Source: Erythrobacter sp. (GTDB taxonomy: Bacteria > Pseudomonadota > Alphaproteobacteria > Sphingomonadales > Sphingomonadaceae). From it: 64,000 nt of DNA. This document shows, one piece after another, positions 20,208 through 28,833 of this stretch; position 1 is the stretch's first letter; the number at the start of each line of letters is the position of its first letter. The position numbers and the translations under genes were made by a program. Where the stretch lies: contig JBDWLM010000003.1 of assembly GCA_039973155.1 (NCBI GenBank), positions 221,823-285,822 of the forward strand, given 5' to 3'. Below the pieces are notes generated by a model. It was given only the letters and a program-made list of their open reading frames with translations. It was not told where the DNA came from and did no database searches.

Positions 20208-21677
20208 TTAAAACGGCGCGTCCAGGTCCTTCATGCCCACGTACACCGACTTGATCTGGGTGTAGTGATCGAGGGTGACCTTGCCGTTTTCGCGGCCAAT
20301 ACCGGACAGTTTGTAGCCGCCCACAGGCATTTCCGCCGGGGACTCACCGTAGCTGTTGATCCAGCAGATACCGGCCTGGATCTGGTGAATCACCCGGTGA
20401 GCACGGCGGATATCGTTGGTGAACACGCCAGCAGCCAGACCGGTGTCGGTGCCATTGGCGCGAGCAATCACCTCGTCCTCGTCGGAGAAGGTCAGCACCG
20501 ACATCACCGGCCCGAAGATTTCCTCCCGCACGATGGTCATGTCATCGGTGCAGTCGGTGAAGATGGTCGGCTCAACAAAGTAGCCACCCTTGGAATCCTC
20601 CGGTGAAAAGGCCCGGCCGCCGTGGGTCAGGGTTGCACCCTCAGACAGGCCCTTGGCGATGTAGTCCAGCACCAGGTCGCGGTGCTTCTCGGAGATCAGG
20701 GCGCCAAAGTTGGTGTCCGGATTCATCGGGTCGCCCGGTTTGATGTTCTTGCGGGTGCGCTCCAGCAGACGGTCCATGAACCGCTCATAGATGTTCTCAT
20801 GGACAAACACCCGGGTGCCGTTGGTGCAGATCTCGCCCTGGGTGTAGAAGTTTCCCACCATGGCTGCAGAGATGGCATTCTCCAGATCGGCGTCGTCAAA
20901 GATGATCAGCGGCGACTTGCCGCCCAGTTCCATGGTGACGTCCTTCAAGGTGGAGGACGCCGCTTCCATGACCTTCTTGCCAGTGCCGACTTCACCGGTG
21001 AACGACACTTTCGCGATGGCCGGATCGTGGGTCAGCCAGGCACCCACCTCGGCTGCACCCTGCACCACGTTGAACACGCCCGCTGGTACACCGGCTTCGG
21101 TGAAAATTTCCGCCAGCTTGATCGCGCCCATGGGCGTCTCTTCCGACGGTTTAAAAATCATCGCGTTACCGCAGGCCAGCGCTGGTGCCGATTTCCAGCA
21201 GGCGATCTGGATCGGGTAGTTCCAGGCGCCAATACCGGCGCAAATACCCAGCGGTTCGCGACGGGTGTAGTAGAAATCACCCCCCAAATCCTGCTGGTTA
21301 CCTTCAATGGACGGCGCCAGGCCGGCAAAGAATTCGATGGCGTCGGTGCCGGTAATCACGTCCACGGCTTCTGCTTCCTGCCAGGGCTTGCCAGTGTCCC
21401 GCACTTCGCAGGCTGCCAACTCATCGTTGCGCTCGCGCAACAGCGCCACTGCCTTCAGCAGAATGCGGCTGCGTTCCATGGCGGTCATCGCCGACCACTC
21501 GGCAAAACCGGCCCGGGCACTCTCAATGGCCGCCTGCTGCACGGCCTCATCGGCTACCTCTACCTCATAGATAACCTCACCAGTGGCCGGATTGACCACC
21601 GGAAATGTCTCACCGCTGCTATTGGCAAGAAAACGTCCGTGCACGAAATTCTGAAAACGGGGGACCGAGTTAGCCAT
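20208..21677 (-). CDS. betB: Betaine-aldehyde dehydrogenase
   Basis: 489 aa. ALDH motifs [10 protein letters not shown] and catalytic Cys in GEICTNG. Confidence 0.95.
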   Translation of the reverse strand: MANSVPRFQNFVHGRFLANSSGETFPVVNPATGEVIYEVEVADEAVQQAAIESARAGFAEWSAMTAMERSRILLKAVALLRERNDELAACEVRDTGKPWQEAEAVDVITGTDAIEFFAGLAPSIEGNQQDLGGDFYYTRREPLGICAGIGAWNYPIQIACWKSAPALACGNAMIFKPSEETPMGAIKLAEIFTEAGVPAGVFNVVQGAAEVGAWLTHDPAIAKVSFTGEVGTGKKVMEAASSTLKDVTMELGGKSPLIIFDDADLENAISAAMVGNFYTQGEICTNGTRVFVHENIYERFMDRLLERTRKNIKPGDPMNPDTNFGALISEKHRDLVLDYIAKGLSEGATLTHGGRAFSPEDSKGGYFVEPTIFTDCTDDMTIVREEIFGPVMSVLTFSDEDEVIARANGTDTGLAAGVFTNDIRRAHRVIHQIQAGICWINSYGESPAEMPVGGYKLSGIGRENGKVTLDHYTQIKSVYVGMKDLDAPF

Positions 21678-22305
21678 AGGACTTGTAACCTCCAGGTGCA
21701 GGTGTTGAATTCATTGTGTTGGCTTGCGACAAGGCGTCCTGAACAAAACGCTTACACAGCTTTTCGCCAGCCTGAAAACTCTCTTCCGGCTCCAGGCTCA
21801 TCGCACTGCGGAGCCAGAAACCATCAATCATGGCGGCCGTCTGCCGGGCCGCCGCCGTCGCTGCTTCCGGGCTCAGCACCTGGGCAAAGGAAAAGCGCAG
21901 GTTGCTGTACAGCCGGGCGTTGTTAATCTGTTGCAGCCGTTTAAGACCGGGCTCGTGCATGGATCTCGCCCAGAAACTGAGCCAGGTCTTGGCCGCCAGC
22001 GCTGAACGCTGGAAATCTGAGAAATTCGACTCAATGATGCAGGCCAGACGCTGGTCTGGAGACCCGTCGGTTTTCGCCATTCGCTCCCGGAGCTCTTTGC
22101 CGAGCTGATCCAGCAAATACCGCAACGCCGCCTCAATCAGTGCCTGCTTACCACCGAAGTAATGACTGATGATGCCCGAAGACATACCAGCCCGTTTGCT
22201 GATGCTGACGATGGTGGTGTTCTGCAGGCCCAGTTCAGCAATCGAGTGCATGGTCGCTTCGATCAGCTGTTGCTTTCGGGTGTCCTTCATTCCGACTTTC
22301 GGCAT
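21670..22305 (-). CDS. betI: TetR-family choline-responsive repressor BetI
   Basis: 211 aa. Tet[27 protein letters not shown]. Overlaps the betB start by 8 nt. A perfect palindrome lies upstream. Confidence 0.9.
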   Translation of the reverse strand: MPKVGMKDTRKQQLIEATMHSIAELGLQNTTIVSISKRAGMSSGIISHYFGGKQALIEAALRYLLDQLGKELRERMAKTDGSPDQRLACIIESNFSDFQRSALAAKTWLSFWARSMHEPGLKRLQQINNARLYSNLRFSFAQVLSPEAATAAARQTAAMIDGFWLRSAMSLEPEESFQAGEKLCKRFVQDALSQANTMNSTPAPGGYKSYG

Positions 22306-22358
22306 GGCGGCTCCGCTGCTTCCATCCAGTCAATGGTTATCCATCCGCTCAATTTTTA

Positions 22359-22378
22359 TTAATTGAACGTTCAATTAA
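22359..22378. promoter_or_regulatory. Probable BetI operator (20-bp perfect palindrome)
   Basis: TTAATTGAACGTTCAATTAA is its own reverse complement. It lies 54 nt upstream of the betI ATG in an AT-rich promoter region, and its TGAACGTTCA-type core resembles known BetI operators. Confidence 0.6.
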
Positions 22379-22478
22379 AATAAAGGCTACCGGAAACACA
22401 CGCGGGTTTCAAACGGGGGCGGGTTCAAAAGCTGAGAGTCAGGCGACCGGTGCAGTGGTACCGGCCGCGGATCAATCT

Positions 22479-22691
22479 TCAGCCCTTTCGACGATAATAC
22501 GGATCGGTCCAGCACCGGGGCAGCATTTCACCGGAGGCAAACACCAGGGCCGACTTGTCAAAGAACTCGGGGTCCTGGGCTTCTTCTCCGTAATGCATGC
22601 AACCTTTTACGCGACTGACATGGGGATCGAACAGAGCGTGGGTGTCGGCGATCTCAATCAAGTGACCGGTGGATTTTTCTGCCATGAACAT
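22479..22691 (-). CDS. Hypothetical 68-70-aa protein
   Basis: ORF lies 36 nt downstream of, and co-oriented with, the HDAC-family gene. Codon usage looks genome-typical. I recognise no family. Confidence 0.45.
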   Translation of the reverse strand: MFMAEKSTGHLIEIADTHALFDPHVSRVKGCMHYGEEAQDPEFFDKSALVFASGEMLPRCWTDPYYRRKG

Positions 22692-22727
22692 AGTGTCCTC
22701 CTCGTCGGTTTTTAACAGAGAAGTGCG

Positions 22728-23927
22728 TCAGTCCTCGGGTGGTTCCTCGGCAAACGCACTGAGGTGAAAGGCCGCGGCCTGATCCACTTCTTCCATGCCA
22801 CACACCCTCGGTTGCGGCACGGCGCCACCCGCTAGCACGTCGAGCACTGATCGCACCCCATAAGACAGCGACTCGGTGTTGTAGCCACCCTCCAGAACAA
22901 AGGCCAGACGACCGTCGCACAGCCGATCGGCCAGGGACTGCACAATCCCGGTCATAGCCGCGAAGCCCTCGTAGGAGACATTCAGGGCCAGATCGTACCA
23001 GTGTGCATCGAACCCCGCCGACACCAGGATCAGGTCCGGTTTGAAGTACTCGGCGGCCGGCACCAGGATTTCGTTCAGAGCCTTCAGGTAAGCGACATCG
23101 CCGGCGCCGCCGGGCATCGGAACATTCACCGTGGTGCCCTCACCCAGGCCCGCACCCACTTCATGCAGGCCGCCACTCCCCGGGTAGAAAGGGGCCGCGC
23201 GGTGAATATCGAAGAACATAACATCAGGATCAGCCCAGAATATATCCTGGGTGCCGTTGCCGTGGTGGGCGTCCCAGTCCAGAATCAGAATGCGTTCACA
23301 GCCAAGTTCGGCGTGAGCGTGAGCGGCCGCCACGGCAACATTGTTGAACAGACAGAAGCCGCGGGCGCGCACCGGTTCGGCGTGATGGCCGGGCGGGCGA
23401 ACCAAGGCAAAGGCACTTCGGGTGCGACCGGAGACCACCGCCTCAACCGCGGCGATGGCGGTACCGGCGGCAACTTCCGCAGCCTCCACGCTGCCCGGTG
23501 ACACCGCGGTGGTATCGACATCGAGCCAGGCGTGCTTGTTACGCAGGGAGAAAACGTCATCCAGGTAAGAGGTGGTGTGCACCCGGCCGAGCTGCTCCCG
23601 GGTAGCCACCTGGCCACCGGCAAACGCCACGCCCTCGATCGGTTCCCGGTGCAGCAAGTCAAGGATGGCCTGAATACGCCCCGGGTGTTCCGGGTACTTC
23701 CACTGCACATTCAGTCCCGACAGGATGGAACGCACTCGCTTGTCCAACCGGCCGGGCAGGAACGCAGCATTTACATCGGGACAATGATTGAGAACTCGGT
23801 CGTCGTAAAATACGGTGACTTTGCTTGGATCTTCCACAGTGAGCTCCGGAATGGTGTGTTGCCGGCGACCGTTTTCGGTCTTGCCGACCCCTACCGGAAG
23901 CATAGTCAAAGAACCCGGCCCCGACAT
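22728..23927 (-). CDS. Histone deacetylase-family protein (second paralogue)
   Basis: 399 aa. Motifs RPPGHHAEP, DWDAHHGNGTQ and LEGGYN. Carries an N-terminal extension of about 50 aa, so the start is uncertain. Confidence 0.8.
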   Translation of the reverse strand: MSGPGSLTMLPVGVGKTENGRRQHTIPELTVEDPSKVTVFYDDRVLNHCPDVNAAFLPGRLDKRVRSILSGLNVQWKYPEHPGRIQAILDLLHREPIEGVAFAGGQVATREQLGRVHTTSYLDDVFSLRNKHAWLDVDTTAVSPGSVEAAEVAAGTAIAAVEAVVSGRTRSAFALVRPPGHHAEPVRARGFCLFNNVAVAAAHAHAELGCERILILDWDAHHGNGTQDIFWADPDVMFFDIHRAAPFYPGSGGLHEVGAGLGEGTTVNVPMPGGAGDVAYLKALNEILVPAAEYFKPDLILVSAGFDAHWYDLALNVSYEGFAAMTGIVQSLADRLCDGRLAFVLEGGYNTESLSYGVRSVLDVLAGGAVPQPRVCGMEEVDQAAAFHLSAFAEEPPED

Positions 23928-24006
23928 CTGGATCGGCTAGCCTCAGGCAAGCTAGCCGGGCTGGACTATGCTAGGTGAAACCGTCTCCGATCAATGGCAT
24001 ACCAAG

Positions 24007-25080
24007 ATGGCTCTTTTCAGCAAGCATTACCACAGCCCTGGAACCGCGCCTGGCACTCTTGTCTCGCGACCGGGCTCCGCCCTGCCTGTGTCCATGACCC
24101 TGATTGACTACACCAGCACCAGCGTTGAGGAACACCAACTGGATTCTCCGGAACAGTGCCGCCCCTTCCTGGAACGGGATTCCAGAACCTGGATTCAGGT
24201 GAATGGCGAGGTCAAACCGGAACTTCTGCGCAACCTGGGCTCGATATTTAATCTGCATGACCTGGCACTGGAAGACGTGATCAACGCCGGCCAGCGCCCC
24301 AAGGTCGAGCTTTACGACGATCAGGTGTTCGTCATTGCCAACTTGCCCATCTACGACGGCGAAAACCTGGAGTTGGTCCAGATCAGTCTGTTCATTGGAG
24401 TAAACTACCTGATCTGCCTGTGCCCACTCGCCGCGGACCCGTTCGAGCCAGTCCGAAAGCGAATGCGACAGACGAGTAACCGGCGCTTTGCCACTCGGGG
24501 CATCGACTACCTGTTTTACGCAATGTTGGATCTGGTAGTCGATGCTGGCTTCCCAGTTCTGGAACAATTTGGAGACGAGCTCGAGCGGTTGGAAGAAGAG
24601 CTCCTGGAGCGACCCGACCGGCGAACCCTCGCCTGCATTCACCGGCTCAAGCGTGAACTGCTCTTACTCCGGCGCGTGCTCTGGCCCCAACGGGAGGTGA
24701 TCAACACCCTGATGCGAGGCGAAGACGAGCTTATCAACACCGACACCCTGGTTTACTTTCGCGACTGTCACGACCACAGCGTGCAGATCATCGAACTGTT
24801 AGAAAGCTTTCGCGATATGGCCACCAGCATGCTGGACATCTACTTGTCCAGCATCAGTCAGCGCACCAATGACGTCATGCGAGTCCTCACCATCATAGCG
24901 ACGATCTTCATTCCGCTGACGTTCATCGTCGGGGTCTATGGTATGAATTTCCACAACCCCGACAGCCCTTGGGCAATGCCGGAACTGGGCTGGCATTACG
25001 GCTATCCGATGGTCTGGGGCTTGATGATTGGCATCACGCTGGCGCTGGTTTGGTTCTTCAAACGCCGGCAATGGATGTAA
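24007..25080 (+). CDS. corA: CorA-family magnesium/cobalt transporter
   Basis: Start trimmed to ATG 24007 (MALFSKHY). Signature YGMNF lies before two C-terminal TM helices. Confidence 0.85.
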   Translation: MALFSKHYHSPGTAPGTLVSRPGSALPVSMTLIDYTSTSVEEHQLDSPEQCRPFLERDSRTWIQVNGEVKPELLRNLGSIFNLHDLALEDVINAGQRPKVELYDDQVFVIANLPIYDGENLELVQISLFIGVNYLICLCPLAADPFEPVRKRMRQTSNRRFATRGIDYLFYAMLDLVVDAGFPVLEQFGDELERLEEELLERPDRRTLACIHRLKRELLLLRRVLWPQREVINTLMRGEDELINTDTLVYFRDCHDHSVQIIELLESFRDMATSMLDIYLSSISQRTNDVMRVLTIIATIFIPLTFIVGVYGMNFHNPDSPWAMPELGWHYGYPMVWGLMIGITLALVWFFKRRQWM

Positions 25081-25094
25081 TCAACACTCTCCAG

Positions 25095-25826
25095 TTATTC
25101 CGTCCGCCAGCCTCCAGTTAAGAGTTGCCGCTCGCGGGCCGGATCAATCACCTCACCTGCGATCATCTGGTCCAGCACACCGTCCAGCACCGAGCCGCCA
25201 CTGGCGGTCTGGTAGCGATTGCCGGATTCCACCTTGGGCACCGTCACCGTTGCCATCTCCACCCAGCCTGCCGTCTCAGCGCTACTGCGACAGGCAATTT
25301 TTTCGGAAGCTTTACTCTGTTCCTGCAGCAAAAACTGCCGGCAGAATTCACCGGCGTGATTGGTGAAGGTCAGCCGCGGTGTCAGCTCGGTATCGGTCTC
25401 CAGAATACGGGTTTTCCCACTGGGGGTGGTTTCCAGGGCCTCGGCCACCTGCTGCCAGTCGGCGTTACTGTCCACCGGAGCACCGTCCCAGAACTGTGCC
25501 AAGCCGAATCCCAGTGCCAGGGCCGCAGCCACCGCGGTACCGGCCCGCCGCTGCAGGCCCTGGCGGGCCCGGCGCCAGTAGGGAAAAGCGACTACGGTTG
25601 CAGCCGTGGCAGATTCGGGTTTCAGCAGCTCGCTGACGGCCTCTGGCAGGGCCTGTTCGTCGATGACTCCGTAATGCTCGGCAACGGCGCGGTCCACTGC
25701 AGCCAGATCGGCCAGACGCTCCCCGAGCGAGGGGTCGTCCACCAACAGGTTGCGGATGGTCTGCATGTCGGCTTCCGGTAGTTCGCCGTCGAGAAAGGCG
25801 GATAGTACTTCGTCGGTCAGGTTCAT
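25095..25826 (-). CDS. Anti-sigma factor (single-pass membrane)
   Basis: 243 aa. N-terminal anti-sigma domain (DEVLSAFLDGELPEADMQTIRNLL), one TM segment (AVAAALALGFGLAQFW) and a periplasmic C-domain. The ATG overlaps the sigma gene stop (ATGA). Confidence 0.7.
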   Translation of the reverse strand: MNLTDEVLSAFLDGELPEADMQTIRNLLVDDPSLGERLADLAAVDRAVAEHYGVIDEQALPEAVSELLKPESATAATVVAFPYWRRARQGLQRRAGTAVAAALALGFGLAQFWDGAPVDSNADWQQVAEALETTPSGKTRILETDTELTPRLTFTNHAGEFCRQFLLQEQSKASEKIACRSSAETAGWVEMATVTVPKVESGNRYQTASGGSVLDGVLDQMIAGEVIDPARERQLLTGGWRTE

Positions 25827-26314
25827 GACGGTGTCCCCTCGGGTGCCATGTTCAAGGTTTTGCTGAGTGCCGCTCGGGCTCGGGCCAAACGACTCATGAC
25901 CGTACCCTTGGGAATTTCCAAGGTATCGGCAACGTCCTGATAGGACATGCCCTGGATCGCCACCAGCGAAATGATCTCCCGCTGCTCATCTGGCAGTCTG
26001 GCCATGGCAGCATCAACCTGATGCAGTTGGATCTGGCTGGTCGTGGCCCGCTCGCCGTCCACCACCTGGCCGTCCGTCAGCTCGGGTTGCTGTGCAGCCC
26101 GGTCTCGAACCTGCCGTGACCGGCACTCGTCGATCCACAGGTTGCGACAGATACGAAACGCCCAGGGCTCAATGGCAACCCCTAGCGGTGGCGATTGCCG
26201 CAGTACCCGCTCAAGGGTACCCTGCAACAGATCGTCCGCTTCCGGCATAGTGCCGGTCAGCGAATAGGCAAAGCGTCGAAGCCCCGGGACCAGTTTTCTC
26301 AATTCCTCTTTCAT
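25823..26314 (-). CDS. ECF-type RNA polymerase sigma-70 factor
   Basis: 163 aa. Region 2 (DDLLQGTLERVL...WAFRICRNLWIDE) and region 4 HTH (MSYQDVADTLEIPKGTVMSRLARAR). Confidence 0.9.
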   Translation of the reverse strand: MKEELRKLVPGLRRFAYSLTGTMPEADDLLQGTLERVLRQSPPLGVAIEPWAFRICRNLWIDECRSRQVRDRAAQQPELTDGQVVDGERATTSQIQLHQVDAAMARLPDEQREIISLVAIQGMSYQDVADTLEIPKGTVMSRLARARAALSKTLNMAPEGTPS

Positions 26315-26343
26315 GGCGCCATGTCTCGCTGTGTTACCGGGTT

Positions 26344-26368
26344 AACGGATAGGAACCGCCTTTATTCC
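26344..26368 (-). promoter_or_regulatory. ECF-type promoter candidate upstream of the sigma gene
   Basis: The minus strand reads GGAAT-N16-CGTT. The -10 element ends about 30 nt upstream of the sigma ATG (26314). Confidence 0.4.
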
Positions 26369-26377
26369 GTCGCACCG

Positions 26378-26402
26378 GGAATTTTTTTCGCCTATAAACG
26401 TC
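26378..26402 (+). promoter_or_regulatory. ECF-type promoter candidate upstream of the S8 peptidase gene
   Basis: GGAAT-N16-CGTC ends 8 nt before ATG 26411. This would imply a leaderless or near-leaderless transcript, so it is the weakest of the three. Confidence 0.25.
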
Positions 26403-26410
26403 AGCAGGGT

Positions 26411-27811
26411 ATGAAAGCCAACCGACTTCGTTTCCACCGTTTCCAACGCACCCTTGTCTACCTGTTCGGACTGGGACTCTCCGCACCCCTATCGGCGCTC
26501 GACCCCGGCTCCCTGAACGCCCTGGACCAGCTCGATCGCCAGGTGGAGCGAACCGTCAGCCGCCAGATCGAACGCCAACTTGAAGAAATGGCCAAGCGGG
26601 TACCCGATGGTGCGGGTGAGCCCGACTCTTCCGGCGCCCTCTCTTCTCTGGCCTCCGCCGCCAATTTGCCGGCCCGGCTCTCGATCCGCTCCGCGTCCGG
26701 GCGGGAAGTCTTTGCCGATGTCGAAGTGGAAGACGGCTGGCGCGCCGTCGAACGCCAGTGGCTGGTCACCGTCGAAGCGGATGAGCTGCACCACTTCAAA
26801 CAGCCCGGTATCACCGTGCTGGAGCAGACCTCCCTGGACGAACTGGGACTGACGGTGCTGCGGTTTCAGGCCAGCCAGAACCTGGATTCCCGGGAGCAGC
26901 TGCAACGTCGGCTGCCACAAGCCCTGGTGGAACGACTGGACCGAAACCACATCTACCAGCCCGAAGCGGCGTCCGGGGTAGCCCGCGGCTCAACCACCGA
27001 CACTCAAGATCCGCAGCCATCCGCCACCGTGCCAGTAGCACCGCTCTGCGCAGCGCCGGTCACCATCGGCATGGTAGATACCGCCATCAATACCGAGCAT
27101 CCAGCCTTCGCCGAAACCACCGTTCGCCAGCGGGATTTCCTGGCGGACCTTGAACTGTCCGAGGCTTTCCGTCCACCCACCGATCACGGCACCGCGGTCG
27201 CCAGTCGGCTGAGCGGGCGAACCGGCACCACCGCCGCCACCCGGCTCCCGGCTGCCACCCTGGTCAGCGCCTCGGTTTTTTTTGACCGGCAGGCCTCAAT
27301 AGCCGGCGCCACTTTGTTGCACCTGGTGGAAGCTCTGGACTGGTTGCAGGCCAGCGAAGTGGCGCTGATCAATATCAGCATGGCGGGCCCTGACAATCGC
27401 GTGCTGGCCACCGTGATCCGACGGCTGCTCGTTCGGGGGACACCGGTGGTCGCCGCCGTTGGCAACGGAGGTCCAGCGTCGCCCATGCTTTATCCGGCCG
27501 GCTATCCCGGCGTGATCGGAGTGACCGCTGTGGATCAGGATCGGAAGATCTATCGGTGGGCGAACCAGGGCCAGCAGGTGGACTTTGCCGCGGCAGGTGT
27601 CGATGTGGCGGTTGCCGTCACTGACGGTCAGTACGGTACCCAGAGCGGTACCTCGCTGGCGGCGCCGGTGATCAGTGGCCAACTGGCGTGCGCACTGGCT
27701 GACACCTCGTTCGAGCAGGCGCTGACGGGACTCAAGCAGCACGGCATTGACCTCGGCGACAGCGGCCGCGACCCGGTGTACGGCTACGGCCTGGTGCGGG
27801 ACAGTTACTGA
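26411..27811 (+). CDS. Secreted S8 (subtilisin-family) serine peptidase with N-terminal propeptide-like region
   Basis: Start trimmed to ATG 26411 (MKANRL..., signal peptide), because the upstream part of the tracked ORF overlaps the sigma gene. Catalytic triad contexts are GMVDTAI (Asp), DHGTAVAS (His) and GTSLAAP (Ser). Confidence 0.85.
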   Translation: MKANRLRFHRFQRTLVYLFGLGLSAPLSALDPGSLNALDQLDRQVERTVSRQIERQLEEMAKRVPDGAGEPDSSGALSSLASAANLPARLSIRSASGREVFADVEVEDGWRAVERQWLVTVEADELHHFKQPGITVLEQTSLDELGLTVLRFQASQNLDSREQLQRRLPQALVERLDRNHIYQPEAASGVARGSTTDTQDPQPSATVPVAPLCAAPVTIGMVDTAINTEHPAFAETTVRQRDFLADLELSEAFRPPTDHGTAVASRLSGRTGTTAATRLPAATLVSASVFFDRQASIAGATLLHLVEALDWLQASEVALINISMAGPDNRVLATVIRRLLVRGTPVVAAVGNGGPASPMLYPAGYPGVIGVTAVDQDRKIYRWANQGQQVDFAAAGVDVAVAVTDGQYGTQSGTSLAAPVISGQLACALADTSFEQALTGLKQHGIDLGDSGRDPVYGYGLVRDSY

Positions 27812-27818
27812 CACGGAC

Positions 27819-28766
27819 CTAGAACTCTGCCCGCAGATTCAGTGAGGCCACGGTTTCATCGTACTGCGCCGAGTCCAGACTCGAACGGTAATCCGTGTAC
27901 TCCAGTCTGGCTTCCGTCGTCAGCCACTCGGTCAGGCCAATGCCATAGCTGGCGTCAACGGTGGCGATGCGATCGTCCCTCGGCTCGGAGGTGGGGTCAC
28001 TTGGGCCCAACAATGGCGAGGTCATCGGGTTCTCCACCGACGATACCGGCTCGTCATAATCCCGGGCTTCGTAACGCCAGCCGATCTGCACTTCGTGGTC
28101 ATGGCCGGCCACGGGAAACCGGTGCTTGAGCCGGGTTTTGACCGCCAGCATCCGGAAATCGTAGGCATCTGCGTCGGCGTTTTCGTCGTCACCTTCGGCA
28201 CCCAGAATGAATACGGTTCGGGTCCGGTTGAAAAAGAAAAAGCTGTCGAGACTGAGGCCGCGGGTGCGGGCGTCCCGAGCCGGGTCATCCTCAAAATCCT
28301 TGCGTTTGGACAACACACTGGCCCGAAGATAGACGTCTTCGCCCACCAATTTTCCGAGGTAGACACTGCTCCGCTGGTAATCCAGAAACGGATCCGACGC
28401 CAGGGTGGCGTATGAATGATGGTGGCTGGCGCCAAGGGTGACAGTGCCAAAATCGTAGCTGAGATCCAGTGACGCCAGATGCAGAGTACGATCGAAGGCT
28501 TCGCTGTCCCGGTAATCCCGGTCAGTGACGTCGTAGCTGCCGGTCAGGGTCAGGTTTTCCACCGGCTGACCCTCAGCGTTCACGCCCGCTCCCAAAACCC
28601 AGGCCTGGCCACTTTCGCCGGACGACTGTTCAAGCTCGTCAACGTTCAGGTTACTGTCATACTCATAGCCGGAGGCCAAGTGACCACCTACAGAGGCCGC
28701 CTGGCTGGCGACCGGCAGGCCAGCGGCCAGCACCACCAGGGGCAGTGATCGGGCTATTCGTTGCAT
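27819..28766 (-). CDS. Outer-membrane beta-barrel protein (family unknown)
   Basis: Start set to ATG 28766, which is preceded by AAGGAG. Signal peptide ends ...PVASQA/AS. Shows an alternating hydrophobic pattern and a C-terminal ...LNLRAEF beta-signal with terminal Phe. Confidence 0.6.
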   Translation of the reverse strand: MQRIARSLPLVVLAAGLPVASQAASVGGHLASGYEYDSNLNVDELEQSSGESGQAWVLGAGVNAEGQPVENLTLTGSYDVTDRDYRDSEAFDRTLHLASLDLSYDFGTVTLGASHHHSYATLASDPFLDYQRSSVYLGKLVGEDVYLRASVLSKRKDFEDDPARDARTRGLSLDSFFFFNRTRTVFILGAEGDDENADADAYDFRMLAVKTRLKHRFPVAGHDHEVQIGWRYEARDYDEPVSSVENPMTSPLLGPSDPTSEPRDDRIATVDASYGIGLTEWLTTEARLEYTDYRSSLDSAQYDETVASLNLRAEF

Positions 28767-28782
28767 AGTCCACTCCTTCACG

Positions 28783-28809
28783 AAAAAACCGGGCCGTGAC
28801 CGGCCCGGT
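28783..28809 (-). terminator. Rho-independent terminator of the low-complexity protein gene
   Basis: ACCGGGCCG-tgac-CGGCCCGGT is a 9-bp stem, followed on the gene strand by a T-run. Confidence 0.8.
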
Positions 28810-28833
28810 TATTGGTTACCCATGCCTTTGGCC

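Noticed and set aside
26195-26410. N-terminal extensions of tracked ORFs. They are 26195-26410 on the S8 peptidase, 5204-5344 on HDAC-1, 16729-16839 on ahpC, 8396-8449 on rlmE, 62067-62129 on lemA, 37826-37885 on TAXI-2 and 39091-39132 on permease-2.
   Set aside because: The extensions overlap neighbouring genes or promoter regions. They precede an internal ATG that restores the canonical N-terminus or signal peptide, often with a good SD.
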